Shown here: positions 31,627 through 42,848 of the stretch, piece by piece | Layout: every line of letters starts with the position of its first letter | Numbering within the stretch: the first letter of the stretch is position 1 | DNA from: an uncultured Gammaproteobacteria bacterium | GTDB taxonomy: Bacteria; Pseudomonadota; Gammaproteobacteria; Eutrophobiales; Eutrophobiaceae | NCBI GenBank assembly: GCA_938084745.1 | Contig: CALKEZ010000001.1 | Coordinates: 1,127-65,126 of the forward strand | DNA length: 64,000 bases | Direction of reading: 5' to 3' | The notes under the pieces: generated by a model | The model's database searches: none | What the model was told of the DNA's origin: nothing | The model's input: the letters and a program-made list of their open reading frames with translations, nothing else | Position numbers and translations under genes: made by a program

Positions 31627-33033
31627 ATGTCAGCAAAAATTCTGTCTCGCATTTTTGTACTCGATACCAATGTGTTGATGCATGATCCGGCATCACTGTT
31701 TCGGTTTGAAGAACATGATATTTTTATTCCAATGGTGGTGCTGGAAGAGCTTGACGCCGCCAAGAAAGGTGTTTCTGAAGTTGCGCGTAATGTGCGCCAG
31801 GTCAGTCGTTTTCTTGATGAAATCATTAGTGATGCAGAAACGGATGATATTGATAAAGGTCTCCCATTAAATTCGGCCAGACAATTAAACGGGCATAGCG
31901 AACCTGCTGGACGACTCTATTTACAAACGCAGATTTTACCCGACAGCCTGCCAGAAAGCCTGCCGGGCAAGAATGCAGATAACTCGATCCTTGGGATAAC
32001 GCTTTCCCTACAAAAAAATTATCCCGATAAAGTGGTCACCCTCGTTTCCAAGGACATCAATCTGCGTATTAAAGCGCGGGTAGTCGGTATACATGCTGAA
32101 GACTACACCAGTGACAAGGTACTGGACGATGCCGATCTACTTTATACCGGCATTAATGAATTACCTGAAAATTTTTGGGATGCAAAATCGGAAGCCCTGA
32201 CCTCCTGGCAGGAAGATATGCGGACCCTCTATGAGATTAAGGGGCAACCACTTGCGGAATGTTATCCGCATCAAAGTTTATACACTGATGAAGGTACAGG
32301 TTTCGAAGCGTTGGTCAAAAAAACCAGTAAAGAAAAAACGACTTTAGTCCACGCCATTGATTATAAAAAAGATAACCAGGCTGTATGGGGCGTGAATGCC
32401 CGCAACCGGGAACAAAACTTTGCTTTCAACCTGTTAATGGATCCCGATATTGACATGGTGACTATTCTGGGTGCTGCAGGTACGGGTAAAACATTGCTGA
32501 CCCTGGCAGCCGGTCTGGCTCAGGTAATGGATAAAAAAATCTATCGCGAGATTATTATTACTCGCGTGACTATCCCTGTTGGCGAAGACATAGGCTTCCT
32601 GCCCGGTACGGAAGAAGAAAAGATGGCACCATGGATGGGGGCCCTACTCGACAATCTTGAAGTATTAACCGAATCGGATGAAAGTGGTGAATGGGAACGT
32701 GCTGCTACTGCTGACCTGCTAACCAAACGTATCAAAATTCGTTCCCTTAACTTCATGCGCGGACGTACCTTTCTGAATCGCTTTATTATTGTGGATGAGG
32801 CACAAAACCTGACAGCCAAGCAGATGAAGACCTTGATTACGCGCGCAGGACCGGGCAGTAAATTAATCGTGCTGGGAAATATTTCACAAATCGATACACC
32901 TTACCTGACGGAAACCACCTCGGGGCTTACCTATGTTGTTGATCGCTTCAAAAACTGGGAACACAGTGGCCATATAACGTTAATGCGTGGCGAACGCTCT
33001 CGACTGGCTGATTTTGCCAGCGAAGTTCTTTAA
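31627..33033 (+). CDS. PIN-PhoH family protein (PhoH2-type)
   Basis: N-terminal PIN domain (VLDTNVL, VLEELD, KDINLRIKA) fused to a PhoH ATPase (GAAGTGKT, FMRGRT, DEAQN). Confidence 0.92.
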   Translation: MSAKILSRIFVLDTNVLMHDPASLFRFEEHDIFIPMVVLEELDAAKKGVSEVARNVRQVSRFLDEIISDAETDDIDKGLPLNSARQLNGHSEPAGRLYLQTQILPDSLPESLPGKNADNSILGITLSLQKNYPDKVVTLVSKDINLRIKARVVGIHAEDYTSDKVLDDADLLYTGINELPENFWDAKSEALTSWQEDMRTLYEIKGQPLAECYPHQSLYTDEGTGFEALVKKTSKEKTTLVHAIDYKKDNQAVWGVNARNREQNFAFNLLMDPDIDMVTILGAAGTGKTLLTLAAGLAQVMDKKIYREIIITRVTIPVGEDIGFLPGTEEEKMAPWMGALLDNLEVLTESDESGEWERAATADLLTKRIKIRSLNFMRGRTFLNRFIIVDEAQNLTAKQMKTLITRAGPGSKLIVLGNISQIDTPYLTETTSGLTYVVDRFKNWEHSGHITLMRGERSRLADFASEVL

Positions 33034-33150
33034 GAGGTAGCGTGATTTAGCCAGCGCGGACTGATTCATCCGACTTTACTAAATCTACTATAGGAATCAG
33101 GCTTTTTGCCGCTATAAATATTGACTCAATATTTATATTAAAAAGCCGTT

Positions 33151-33924
33151 ATGCAGCAAACTTTCCAGCATAGACAACACAGCACCCCGTCTAAAGAACA
33201 GGCCTATCAAAATGATTTGATGCTAGCCGCCGATTTTCAACGCGCGGTATTGCCGAAAATCATCCAGATTGATTATTTGGATATTGCCTTGATGTACAAA
33301 CCCTACGACACCGTATCGGGTGATGTGTATGACTTTATCCTGAACCGAGAGAGAGAACTTGCCATCTTCGTTGGCGACGCCACGGGGCATGGTATTTCTG
33401 CCGCATTAATGACCATGATGGTACATATTGCCATCGATAGTCTTACTCCAAACCTGTCAACAGACGAATCCATTCGCAAACTGAACCGCGTAATTGCATC
33501 ACGCAACACGGGTCGATCTGTCAGCAGTGTCTTGTTGCGGATCACCCCGCAAGGAAAAATGACATTAACCCATGCCGGACATCCCTCCGCTATTGTGATA
33601 CCTGCCGACAACTCCGGGCTGGTTCTGTTTGATGAAGCGGGTTGTGCGCTCGGTTTGTTTATTGAAGAACCGGTAAAATATATTGAAGAAACCTATCAAT
33701 TAAAACCCGGCGACAAGGTAATCGCGTATACCGATGGTCTAATTGAATGGCGTAATAAAGATAAACAAGTCTATGGTGCTGAAAAACTACTGAATTACAT
33801 CAAGCAGAACCACGCGCTTGATTGCGATGCGTTAATGCAGGGGATTTATGCCGATGTTGAAGCATTTGCAAACCAGCAAGAGATTAACGATGACTTAACG
33901 TTGTTAGTTGCTAGATATAATTAA
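33151..33924 (+). CDS. Stand-alone PP2C/SpoIIE-family serine phosphatase (RsbU-like)
   Basis: VSGDVYD, GDATGHG, HAGH, YTDGL and DDLT motifs; no sensor domain. Confidence 0.9.
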   Translation: MQQTFQHRQHSTPSKEQAYQNDLMLAADFQRAVLPKIIQIDYLDIALMYKPYDTVSGDVYDFILNRERELAIFVGDATGHGISAALMTMMVHIAIDSLTPNLSTDESIRKLNRVIASRNTGRSVSSVLLRITPQGKMTLTHAGHPSAIVIPADNSGLVLFDEAGCALGLFIEEPVKYIEETYQLKPGDKVIAYTDGLIEWRNKDKQVYGAEKLLNYIKQNHALDCDALMQGIYADVEAFANQQEINDDLTLLVARYN

Positions 33925-33963
33925 CCGTAAACAACACACGAATAAGCAGAAGTCTCAACCTGA

Positions 33964-35043
33964 TTAAGTACGCCCCGTTAATGTCGTGTCATCACTCTCA
34001 TGCGTCGGCCAGACATTGATCAAGGCTTTGACCAGAGTTGCTAATGGAATAGCAAAGAACACACCCCAAAAACCCCATAAGCCACCAAACACCAGTATCG
34101 CAACGATGATCGCGACCGGATGCAGGTTGACCGCTTCCGAAAACAGAATAGGCACCAGAACGTTACCATCAAGAAACTGGATGACCAGATAGGAGAACAT
34201 TAGCCAGGTGAAATCGGAGCTAATACCCCATTGAAAATAGGCCACAAAGGCGACCGGTAAAGTCACGACAGCCGCACCTATATAAGGTATTAAAACCGAC
34301 AGACCGACCAGCATCGCCAGTAGCGAGGCATAATTAAGACCGAGAATAACAAAAAGAATATACGAGACGGCGCCGACAATAATGATCTCATTGAATTTGC
34401 CGCGGACATAGTTACCAATTTGCGCGTCCATCTCTGTCCAGATCTCATTCACCAGCCGTCTTTCCTTTGGTAGAAACCGCCCCAACCAATCCAGAATGAT
34501 GCTTTTGTCTTTCAGAAAAAAGAAGATCATTAACGGTACCAGTACCAGATAAACAAGAACCGTAATAATTGCCGGAATTGACGCAACAGATAACGAAAGA
34601 ACACTGCGCCCAAGCTCGCTAAAGCCCTGGCGGATTGTGATAATGAGTTGGCTTATATATTCTTCAGAAATAAATTCAGGGTATTGTCCGGGTAAGCGCA
34701 ATAACAGATCCTGTCCATTATTAATCATGTCCGGCACTTCCTGAAAAAACTGACTCACCTGCTTTGATAGTAATGGCATCAATCCAAACAAAATAAACAA
34801 CATGAAAGCAACAAATAAGAGGTAAACCAGGCTCACCGCCCAAAGTCGTGAAAACCGTTTTCCTTCCAGTTTTAAAACCGCGCCTTCGAGTAAATAGGCA
34901 ATGATAAGTGCTGCCAACAAGGGCGCTAACATTTTGCCCATGGTTAGCAAGATCGCAGCGCCGAGGAATAACAAGACGACTAATAATGCCGCTTGCGGAT
35001 CAGTAAAGTAGCGTCGATACCATGAACTAATAAAGTCAAACAT
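33964..35043 (-). CDS. AI-2E family transporter (PerM-like)
   Basis: Multi-TM protein with IPYIGA, QFLDGN and LHPVAII..GG.WG..G.FFAIP. Confidence 0.92.
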   Translation of the reverse strand: MFDFISSWYRRYFTDPQAALLVVLLFLGAAILLTMGKMLAPLLAALIIAYLLEGAVLKLEGKRFSRLWAVSLVYLLFVAFMLFILFGLMPLLSKQVSQFFQEVPDMINNGQDLLLRLPGQYPEFISEEYISQLIITIRQGFSELGRSVLSLSVASIPAIITVLVYLVLVPLMIFFFLKDKSIILDWLGRFLPKERRLVNEIWTEMDAQIGNYVRGKFNEIIIVGAVSYILFVILGLNYASLLAMLVGLSVLIPYIGAAVVTLPVAFVAYFQWGISSDFTWLMFSYLVIQFLDGNVLVPILFSEAVNLHPVAIIVAILVFGGLWGFWGVFFAIPLATLVKALINVWPTHESDDTTLTGRT

Positions 35044-35154
35044 GTGTTACATCGTGTTCAATTATAATTTGAATCATCATAGCGGTATCTTTCATCGACA
35101 GCGAGCAGATAGCATAATTATGTATCTAAACCATGAAAACTTAAGGGACAGTGC

Positions 35155-35190
35155 AAAAAAAAAAGGGCGCCGGAGGGGGTGGCACCCTTT
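35155..35190 (-). terminator. Rho-independent terminator with C-rich loop
   Basis: Minus strand reads AAAGGGUGCC-ACCCCCUCC-GGCGCCC followed by U10. Confidence 0.85.
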
Positions 35191-35243
35191 AAAAATACAA
35201 CAAAACTGCTGAGGAGGAAAACAAAACCTAACTATTTCTCAGT
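35155..35243 (-). ncRNA. Candidate sigma-54-dependent small RNA (~90 nt)
   Basis: No ORF; lies between a -24/-12 promoter and an intrinsic terminator; contains UUUUCCUCCUC and a terminator loop ACCCCCUCC (both anti-SD). The 5' end is inferred from the promoter. Confidence 0.6.
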
Positions 35244-35251
35244 AGTTATAA

Positions 35252-35268
35252 AGCAGTAGTTGTGCCAA
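35252..35268 (-). promoter_or_regulatory. Sigma-54 (-24/-12) promoter
   Basis: TTGGCACAACTACTGCT is GG-N10-GC with a TGGCAC core; IHF-like ATTCAATGACTTA at 35286-35298 and NtrC-like half-sites at 35330-35368 lie upstream. Confidence 0.75.
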
Positions 35269-35418
35269 CCTTGATTAGTACCGATATTCAATGACTTAGA
35301 CAAAACCTGACAGATACATGTTATATAATTGCACCATGATCGTTTATTTTTAGGACATAAATGGTGCGTTGCAAAAAAAAATGTCCCTCATCAGTGAATC
35401 TGGCTAATATCAGGCAAT

Positions 35419-36471
35419 ATGGATCAAACACAGTTATCAAGTCAGATAAAATCCTGGGGTATCGCCTTAGGCTTTCAGCAAGTGGGTATTACTACAACCT
35501 CTCTCGAGGAAGATGAAACACACCTGCTTAACTGGCTAAATCAGGGACGGCACGGCGAGATGGCGTATATGCAACGACATGGCAACAAACGCAGCCGTCC
35601 CGGGGATCTGGTAGCCGGTACTATCAGCGTGATCTCGGTAAGAATGGATTACCTGCCGCCATCCAGCAAACACCCTGGACAAGTGCTTAACAATAATAAG
35701 CTCGGCTATGTTTCTCGCTACGCGATGGGGCGTGATTATCACAAACTCATTCGCCACCGCTTACAAAAGCTCGCAACTAAAATAGAAAAGCAGTACGGCG
35801 AATTTGGTTATCGTTGTTTTGTCGACAGTGCGCCGGTGCTGGAAAAAGCACTGGCACGCAATGCCGGCTTGGGATGGATAGGCAAACACAGCAATCTCAT
35901 CAACCCTAAAGCCGGATCATGGTTTTTTCTGGGCGAAATATATACTGATTTACCACTCGAAATTGATACGCCATTTACAGAACAGCATTGTGGCACCTGC
36001 AATGCCTGTATCGACATATGCCCTACACAGGCAATAGTCGGTCCCATGCAAGTTGATGCACGTCGTTGTATTTCTTATTTGACGATTGAATTACGTAGTT
36101 CCATCCCGGAGGAATTTCGAAAGATGATCGGCAACCGTGTCTATGGCTGTGATGATTGTCAATTGATCTGTCCCTGGAACAAATTTGCCAAAAATACCGA
36201 GGAAGATGATTTTCGTGTGCGCAATGGCCTGGACGCACCAACGCTGGTTGACTTGTTTGCCTGGACAGAAACAGATTTTTTGAAAAATACTGAAGGATCT
36301 GCTATCCGTCGGATAGGTTATGAATGTTGGTCGCGAAATATTGCTGTGGGCTTGGGTAACGCGCCCAATAGTGATGAGACTATTAACGCCTTGCGCTTAC
36401 GGCAGAACGATCCCTCGGCTATGGTGCGTGAACATGTGGCATGGGCGTTGGCACAGCATGCCTTAAATTAA
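35419..36471 (+). CDS. queG: tRNA epoxyqueuosine(34) reductase
   Basis: RYAMGRDYH, VDSAPVLEK, CGTCNACIDICPT and YGCDDCQLICPWN. Confidence 0.96.
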   Translation: MDQTQLSSQIKSWGIALGFQQVGITTTSLEEDETHLLNWLNQGRHGEMAYMQRHGNKRSRPGDLVAGTISVISVRMDYLPPSSKHPGQVLNNNKLGYVSRYAMGRDYHKLIRHRLQKLATKIEKQYGEFGYRCFVDSAPVLEKALARNAGLGWIGKHSNLINPKAGSWFFLGEIYTDLPLEIDTPFTEQHCGTCNACIDICPTQAIVGPMQVDARRCISYLTIELRSSIPEEFRKMIGNRVYGCDDCQLICPWNKFAKNTEEDDFRVRNGLDAPTLVDLFAWTETDFLKNTEGSAIRRIGYECWSRNIAVGLGNAPNSDETINALRLRQNDPSAMVREHVAWALAQHALN

Positions 36472-36485
36472 GCATCAGCGATGCA

Positions 36486-36944
36486 CTATTCAGAAAACAT
36501 CGTTTCTCCTTCTACATTAAATACCGTACCTTCAACACTCATAACCCGTACCTTCATACCTGCGGGCATATCGGTGCCCCTTACTTTCCAGGTCGAGTCA
36601 TCTACCTTGACCTTACCGACACCATTCACTATCGCTTCTTCCAGTGTAAAACTGCGGCCTATGTATTGCTCGCCGCGCCGATTAAGGTGGGGTTCATCCC
36701 TTACTTCGGGATTCATTTTTTGATGACGTTTATACATATAGACACTTACTATCGATAACACGCCAAAGATAATGACTTGAATCAATAAAGGTATGCCCGG
36801 CACAGCGTATAACAACAAACCCACAACAAAGGCGGAGATACCCATCCATAAAAAATAGGCTGCCGGTAATACCATCTCAATAATGATCATCACGACAGCA
36901 GCAATCAGCCAATGCCAAAAAGCAATCTGTTCTAACCATTCCAT
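36486..36944 (-). CDS. NfeD family protein (YbbJ-like)
   Basis: Three N-terminal TM helices plus OB fold (LNRRG..YIG, GKVKVDDSTW); paired with an SPFH gene. Confidence 0.9.
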   Translation of the reverse strand: MEWLEQIAFWHWLIAAVVMIIIEMVLPAAYFLWMGISAFVVGLLLYAVPGIPLLIQVIIFGVLSIVSVYMYKRHQKMNPEVRDEPHLNRRGEQYIGRSFTLEEAIVNGVGKVKVDDSTWKVRGTDMPAGMKVRVMSVEGTVFNVEGETMFSE

Positions 36945-36954
36945 AAGCTACTCC

Positions 36955-37884
36955 TTAAACCGACCCGATATTTTTATCACCTTTAGCAAAAGTTTCCTTG
37001 GCAATTTCAGAAATTCCCGCAAGAGCACCAATCACATTACTTGCCTCTAGTGGCATCAGAATAACTTTATGATTTGGCGCAGACGCAACATCTTTTAGTG
37101 CCTCAACATATTTGGTTGCCACAAAATAGTTTATCGCCTGAATATCGCCGGTAGAAATTGCATTCGAAACATCTGTAGTCGCCTTGGCCTCGGCTTGAGC
37201 TTCACGCTCGCGCGCTTCTGCATCAAGAAAAGCCGATTCTTTACGTCCTTCAGCTTCCAGTATACGTGCCTGTTTTTCGCCGGTAGCTTTTAAAATGGCA
37301 GCCTGTTTTTCACCTTCCGCTTCCAGGATTAAAGCGCGCTTTTCGCGTTCTGCTTTCATTTGACGCGCCATGGAGTCAACCAGATCTTTGGGTGGTGTAA
37401 TATCCTTAATTTCAATACGTGTCACCTTCACACCCCAGGGACCGGTAGCTTCATCAACCACATGCAATAACTGCGCATTAATCGTATCGCGCTGTGACAG
37501 CAATTCATCCAGATCCATAGAGCCCATCACAGTACGGATATTGGTCATCGTGAGATTCAGGATTGCTCGGGTAAGATTATTAACCTCATACGCCGCCTGT
37601 GCTGCATTCAACACCTGAAAGAAGACCACACCATCAACTCTGACCATGGCATTATCTTTAGTGATAACCTCTTGTGAGGGAACATCCACAACCGTTTCCA
37701 TCATATTCATCTGCGCGCCTATCCGGTCAAAGAATGGCACAATAATATGCAAGCCTGGCGATAAGGTGCGTTTATATTCACCAAAGCGTTCCACCGTATA
37801 CTCGTGTCCCTGAGTAACGATAGTGACCGCTTTTACCAGTAAAACAATTGAAAAAATAAAGACGACGAGAATAAACTCGGTCAT
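36955..37884 (-). CDS. qmcA: SPFH/band 7 domain protein (QmcA-like)
   Basis: [27 protein letters not shown] and QMKAERE. Confidence 0.9.
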   Translation of the reverse strand: MTEFILVVFIFSIVLLVKAVTIVTQGHEYTVERFGEYKRTLSPGLHIIVPFFDRIGAQMNMMETVVDVPSQEVITKDNAMVRVDGVVFFQVLNAAQAAYEVNNLTRAILNLTMTNIRTVMGSMDLDELLSQRDTINAQLLHVVDEATGPWGVKVTRIEIKDITPPKDLVDSMARQMKAEREKRALILEAEGEKQAAILKATGEKQARILEAEGRKESAFLDAEAREREAQAEAKATTDVSNAISTGDIQAINYFVATKYVEALKDVASAPNHKVILMPLEASNVIGALAGISEIAKETFAKGDKNIGSV

Positions 37885-37903
37885 AACGGTTCTCCCTAAT
37901 AAA

Positions 37904-38272
37904 TTATTTTATAAAACGTATCGTGTAAGGGTAGCGATAACGCACCCCGTCATTCGCTTTGATGGAAGCAACAATAATCACGATAATCTGAAAGATGAGT
38001 AATGCCCCAAGCAGGAAAAACCCGATAAAAACAAATATCAATATCACAGAAATAACCATCGCGATAAGCATTGTTAATTGAAAATTGAGTGACTCTTTAC
38101 CTTGATCATTAACGAAAGGCATCTCGTCTTTTTTGATCATCCAAACGATTAATGGACCGAGCACACTGCCCAGCGGAATGACAAAGCCAGTGAAGGCGCT
38201 CAGGTGACACAGCATACCCCAAAGTCGCTCATCCTTATCGGGAATATCCACCGTTTCAATGTCCTGAGTCAT
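37904..38272 (-). CDS. DUF4870 membrane protein
   Basis: [22 protein letters not shown] and YRYP; ATG 38272 preferred. Confidence 0.88.
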   Translation of the reverse strand: MTQDIETVDIPDKDERLWGMLCHLSAFTGFVIPLGSVLGPLIVWMIKKDEMPFVNDQGKESLNFQLTMLIAMVISVILIFVFIGFFLLGALLIFQIIVIIVASIKANDGVRYRYPYTIRFIK

Positions 38273-38366
38273 ATCGGGCTCCTGAATTAACAAATATTAG
38301 AGAACGTTAATACCTAGAATATCTGCCGGAAACATTATCACTCCACACGCTGTTTGTCTCAGAGAA

Positions 38367-39239
38367 TTATTGCGCTTCGGGCTGATTTTCATCTTTTTCA
38401 TCATTGCCATCAAAATCTTCATTCACCAGGATAGACATTCCCGGTGCGGCTTTATCCAGCCAGCCACGAATACGTTTTATCAAAACATCGTCCATCTTGT
38501 TAAAATAGTGATCTGCGCCGGCAATTTCTATCTGGGTGTACAAGCGATTATTGCCTTTTTTTGCCGCGAGGCGACGATCCGGTGCCCTCCTGATGACGTT
38601 CCTGAAATCACGACTTCCGTAAATATCCAACAACGGTACTTTTGATTTTTCGATCAAATCAAGAATATTAATTGCCGGTTTTACAAATCCATAACCTTGC
38701 AATCCTATTGCAACCAGCGCGACAACTTTTTGTCTTTGTTCGCGTTCAAGATAAGCAAGCGCCGTTGCCGCACCAAAACTGTGTCCGATGATGACAATGT
38801 TCAGGAATTTACGTTCGCGCAAGAACCTGACTGCTGCCTCAATTCGAGCAGCCGCCGGCTGTAATGTCTGCCCATAATCCTCAATCTGGTTTTCCGGTGC
38901 CACTACCGGTAGCTGGATTGATAACGTAGTCCAACCATGCTCGGGTAATTGGGCCCGAAGTGGTGCGATAGTCTGGGGCCAATCCGCATGCGCACCCATA
39001 CCGTGTAAAATAATTGCCGCGCCATGAGCCGTTTCACTAGTTTGAGTGGTATAAAGCGCCAAAAATTTATCATCTTTGCTGTCCAGCCACAGGATTTCCG
39101 TTGCCTTGACTGTCTCCGCCAACTTTTCTGTAGTCCGCTTCTCCCAGTCCTTGTCAACCACATCGGCATTAATCGCTATACTGACCGCCAACAATAACGA
39201 AAGCACGATACTCATCTGAATTCTCTGTTTCATAGTCAT
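38367..39239 (-). CDS. Exported alpha/beta hydrolase (DUF3530-like)
   Basis: Signal peptide, ILHG, GHSFG nucleophile elbow and ADHYF. Confidence 0.82.
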   Translation of the reverse strand: MTMKQRIQMSIVLSLLLAVSIAINADVVDKDWEKRTTEKLAETVKATEILWLDSKDDKFLALYTTQTSETAHGAAIILHGMGAHADWPQTIAPLRAQLPEHGWTTLSIQLPVVAPENQIEDYGQTLQPAAARIEAAVRFLRERKFLNIVIIGHSFGAATALAYLEREQRQKVVALVAIGLQGYGFVKPAINILDLIEKSKVPLLDIYGSRDFRNVIRRAPDRRLAAKKGNNRLYTQIEIAGADHYFNKMDDVLIKRIRGWLDKAAPGMSILVNEDFDGNDEKDENQPEAQ

Positions 39240-39370
39240 CTATTAAACCCCAACCACTATTTAGCAACAAGTAGGCCAGATAATCGCTCAGATAGTAGCG
39301 ATGGCTGGGCTGATCAGGTAAAGTTGCCCCACTTTTAACAGCACGTTAAACAAAACGAAAAATAGCTTCC

Positions 39371-40045
39371 ATGACTGAATACGTAATCGCACCCTCAATT
39401 TTGTCTGCGAACATGGCTCGACTCGGCGAAGAGACCGAAGCAGTATTAGCTGCCGGCGCTGATTTTGTGCACGTTGATGTCATGGATAATCATTATGTAC
39501 CGAACCTGACCTTCGGCCCGGTCGTGGTCAAGGCCTTGCGTGACTTTGGTATTAAAGCGCCATTAGATGTACATCTTATGATTAAGCCCGTGGATCGTAT
39601 CATCCCTGATTTTGCCGAGGCCGGTGCCAGTTACATTACCTTTCACCCGGAAGCATCGGAACATGTAGACCGCAGCCTGCAATTGATTCGTGATAGCGGT
39701 TGTAAATCCGGGCTGGTCTTTAATCCGGCAACACCACTTGATGTACTTGAATACGTGATGGATAAGATCGATATGATTTTGCTGATGTCAGTCAATCCCG
39801 GTTTTGGTGGACAATCTTTTATCAACTCGGCGCTGGACAAACTCAAAGCAGCCAGAAAATTAATTGATGATTCCGGTTACGCTATACGGCTAGAGATTGA
39901 TGGTGGCGTCAAGATCGACAATATCGCCGAGATTGCCAGGGCAGGCGCAGATACCTTCGTTGCCGGTTCCGCTATATTTGGCAGCGATGATTACCCATCA
40001 ACCATCAAGGCAATGCGAGATCAACTAGCCCAAGCTAATAGCTAA
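39371..40045 (+). CDS. rpe: Ribulose-phosphate 3-epimerase
   Basis: [29 protein letters not shown] and EIDGG. Confidence 0.98.
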   Translation: MTEYVIAPSILSANMARLGEETEAVLAAGADFVHVDVMDNHYVPNLTFGPVVVKALRDFGIKAPLDVHLMIKPVDRIIPDFAEAGASYITFHPEASEHVDRSLQLIRDSGCKSGLVFNPATPLDVLEYVMDKIDMILLMSVNPGFGGQSFINSALDKLKAARKLIDDSGYAIRLEIDGGVKIDNIAEIARAGADTFVAGSAIFGSDDYPSTIKAMRDQLAQANS

Positions 40046-40080
40046 AACACACAACTTATTCTTTACCTTGTGTCTATTAA

Positions 40081-40755
40081 ATGATGTCTATCAAAACACC
40101 CGAACTGGTTCTACTTGATCTTGACGGCACTCTGGTCGATTCGATACCCGATCTGGCCTGGTCGGTAAACCAAACCCTGCGCGAATTATCGCTGCCTGAA
40201 CGCGATATAGTCAGTATCCGGAACTGGGTTGGCAATGGTTTGGAAAAATTATTACATCGCTCGCTGACGGATGACTTTGATGGTGAAGCAGAAAGAGTCT
40301 TGTTTGAAAAAGCGATGTCGATTTTCATGGCGGTCTATAGTGACAACATGTGTAATCTCAGTACCTGTTATCCAGGTGTACTTGAAGGTATCGCCCAACT
40401 TAAAGAGAGGGAAATCACGCTCGGCTGTGTTACCAATAAGCGCGGTGAATTTGTTGGGCCGATACTGGAAACACTGGGACTGATAAATGATATGAGTATA
40501 GTCATTGCGGGTGATACCCTGGCTAAAAAGAAACCCGATCCCTTACCGTTACTCCATGCCGCCTCACACTTCAGCACAGATCCGGCACTATCGTTAATGG
40601 TCGGTGATTCAGAGAGTGATGTGAAGGCAGCACGTGCAGCTGGTTTTCAGATCGTTTGTGTCAGCTATGGTTATAATCACGGTCGTGACATACAAGAAAC
40701 CAACCCGGATGCGGTGATTGATTCTATCGCCGATCTGACAAGTCTTTTTTCATAA
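40081..40755 (+). CDS. gph: Phosphoglycolate phosphatase (HAD)
   Basis: [19 protein letters not shown] and MVGDS; rpe-gph synteny. Confidence 0.93.
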   Translation: MMSIKTPELVLLDLDGTLVDSIPDLAWSVNQTLRELSLPERDIVSIRNWVGNGLEKLLHRSLTDDFDGEAERVLFEKAMSIFMAVYSDNMCNLSTCYPGVLEGIAQLKEREITLGCVTNKRGEFVGPILETLGLINDMSIVIAGDTLAKKKPDPLPLLHAASHFSTDPALSLMVGDSESDVKAARAAGFQIVCVSYGYNHGRDIQETNPDAVIDSIADLTSLFS

Positions 40756-40760
40756 GCATC

Positions 40761-42239
40761 ATGATTAACGAAAACGAATTCAAGCAACTCGCTGAACAAG
40801 GTTATAACCGTATACCTTTGATGCGCGAGGTGCTGGCCGATCTCGATACACCACTCAGCACCTACATGAAATTGTGTTCCGCACCCTATACTTATTTATT
40901 CGAGTCGGTTCAAGGCGGTGAAAAGTGGGGACGTTATTCCATCATCGGATTACCTGCTCAGAAAATCATTTCGATTACTGGCACAAAAGTCACCATTAAA
41001 GAGAATGACACTATTGTTGATGAATACACTGTTGACGATCCACTCGCCGAAATCGAACGCATTCAAAAAGGCTATAACGTTGCCGAGATAGAAGGCATGC
41101 CACGATTTAATGGCGGTCTGGTCGGTTACTTTGGTTATGAAACCATTCGTTATATAGAACCGCGTTTGAATAAACACGATAAAGTCGATCCTATCGGTTC
41201 ACCCGACATACTCTTGATGGTATCGGATGAAGTCATCGTGTTTGATAACCTGGGCGGCAAACTGTATATCATCGTCCATGCAGATCCGAATAACAGTGAT
41301 GCATTTTCAAACGCACACGCCAGGCTGGATGAACTGGTCGAAACTCTGGCCACTAAACAAATACAACAGTCAACATCAAATGGTTCACGTACTGTTAATG
41401 AAAATGATTTTATTTCGGGCTTTACCCAGGCGAATTACGAAGCGGCGGTAGATGCCATAAAACAGTATATTGTTGATGGTGATGCGATGCAGGTAGTACT
41501 CTCGCAACGGTTGTCTATCCCGTTTGCATCTGAACCGATCAATCTTTATCGCGCTTTACGTTGCCTTAATCCTTCACCCTATATGTACTTTCTTGATCTG
41601 GATGATTTTCAGATCGTGGGATCTTCTCCGGAAATACTGGTTCGACTGGAAGACGATATTGTCACGGTCAGGCCCATTGCCGGTACACGTCCTCGCGGTA
41701 AGACAGAAGCCGAAGATCTGGCTTTGGAAAAAGATCTGTTACAGGATCCGAAAGAACTGGCTGAGCATTTAATGTTGATCGATCTGGGACGCAATGATGC
41801 CGGCCGTGTTGCCGAGATGGGCAGTGTCAGCTTGACCGACAAGATGATCATTGAACGGTATTCGCATGTCATGCATATCGTTTCTAACGTTACCGGAAGA
41901 TTAAAAGCAGGCATGAGCGCGATCGATGTCTTACGTGCTACCTTCCCCGCTGGCACTGTATCTGGTGCACCGAAAATTCGGGCGATGGAGATTATCGACG
42001 AACTGGAACCTGTTAAACGCGGCGTCTATTCCGGTGCGGTGGGTTACCTCTCCTGGAATGGCAATATGGATACGGCGATCGCGATACGCACTGCCGTCAT
42101 TAAAGATAAAACCTTGCATATACAAGCTGGCGCAGGCATTGTCGCCGACTCTATTCCGAGAAATGAATGGGATGAAACCATGAATAAAGGCCGCGCCATT
42201 TTTCGAGCCGTCAGTTTGGCCGAGAAAGGTTTGACATAA
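40761..42239 (+). CDS. trpE: Anthranilate synthase component I
   Basis: [32 protein letters not shown] and [12 protein letters not shown]. Confidence 0.96.
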   Translation: MINENEFKQLAEQGYNRIPLMREVLADLDTPLSTYMKLCSAPYTYLFESVQGGEKWGRYSIIGLPAQKIISITGTKVTIKENDTIVDEYTVDDPLAEIERIQKGYNVAEIEGMPRFNGGLVGYFGYETIRYIEPRLNKHDKVDPIGSPDILLMVSDEVIVFDNLGGKLYIIVHADPNNSDAFSNAHARLDELVETLATKQIQQSTSNGSRTVNENDFISGFTQANYEAAVDAIKQYIVDGDAMQVVLSQRLSIPFASEPINLYRALRCLNPSPYMYFLDLDDFQIVGSSPEILVRLEDDIVTVRPIAGTRPRGKTEAEDLALEKDLLQDPKELAEHLMLIDLGRNDAGRVAEMGSVSLTDKMIIERYSHVMHIVSNVTGRLKAGMSAIDVLRATFPAGTVSGAPKIRAMEIIDELEPVKRGVYSGAVGYLSWNGNMDTAIAIRTAVIKDKTLHIQAGAGIVADSIPRNEWDETMNKGRAIFRAVSLAEKGLT

Positions 42240-42252
42240 TAAAGGTAACGCC

Positions 42253-42834
42253 ATGCTGTTGATGATCGACAATTACGATTCCTTTACCTACAACCTGGTT
42301 CAGTATTTTGGTGAGCTGGGACAGGAAGTGCAGGTCTATCGTAATGATAAAATTTCGCTCGCCGAGATTGAAAAACTGGCACCTGAGCACATAGTGATTT
42401 CACCCGGACCCTGTACACCAAATGAAGCCGGAATTTCGATTGATGTGATCAATCATTTTAAAGGTAAAATTCCCTTGCTTGGCGTGTGCCTTGGTCACCA
42501 GAGTATTGGCCAGGCCTTTGGCGGCGAAATTATCCATGCGCATGACATCATGCACGGTAAGACCTCGGATATTTATCATAAAGGGACTGATGTGTTTCGT
42601 GGTTTTGAAAACCCCTTTACCGCCACCCGTTATCACTCGTTGGTCATTAATAAGGAAAACCTGCCGGATTCGCTGGAAATCACGGCATGGACCCAGGACA
42701 AGGCAGGTAATCTGGATGAGATCATGGGAATCAGACATAAAGAACTCAATATTTCCGGTGTACAGTTTCATCCCGAATCGATACTAACGTCGTATGGGCA
42801 TGAGTTATTGCAAAATTTCCTTAACAATTCATAA
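42253..42834 (+). CDS. trpG: Anthranilate synthase component II (glutamine amidotransferase)
   Basis: [24 protein letters not shown] and QFHPES. Confidence 0.95.
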   Translation: MLLMIDNYDSFTYNLVQYFGELGQEVQVYRNDKISLAEIEKLAPEHIVISPGPCTPNEAGISIDVINHFKGKIPLLGVCLGHQSIGQAFGGEIIHAHDIMHGKTSDIYHKGTDVFRGFENPFTATRYHSLVINKENLPDSLEITAWTQDKAGNLDEIMGIRHKELNISGVQFHPESILTSYGHELLQNFLNNS

Positions 42835-42848
42835 GTATACTTTTGATA

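Noticed and set aside
31627-33033. PIN-PhoH as a possible toxin-antitoxin or defence module
   Set aside because: There is no adjacent antitoxin ORF, and gcvR-bcp-phoH is a conserved housekeeping-type arrangement
40756-40760. Search for a trp attenuator or leader peptide
   Set aside because: trpE follows gph after 5 bp, leaving no room for a leader, which is normal for rpe-gph-trpE operons
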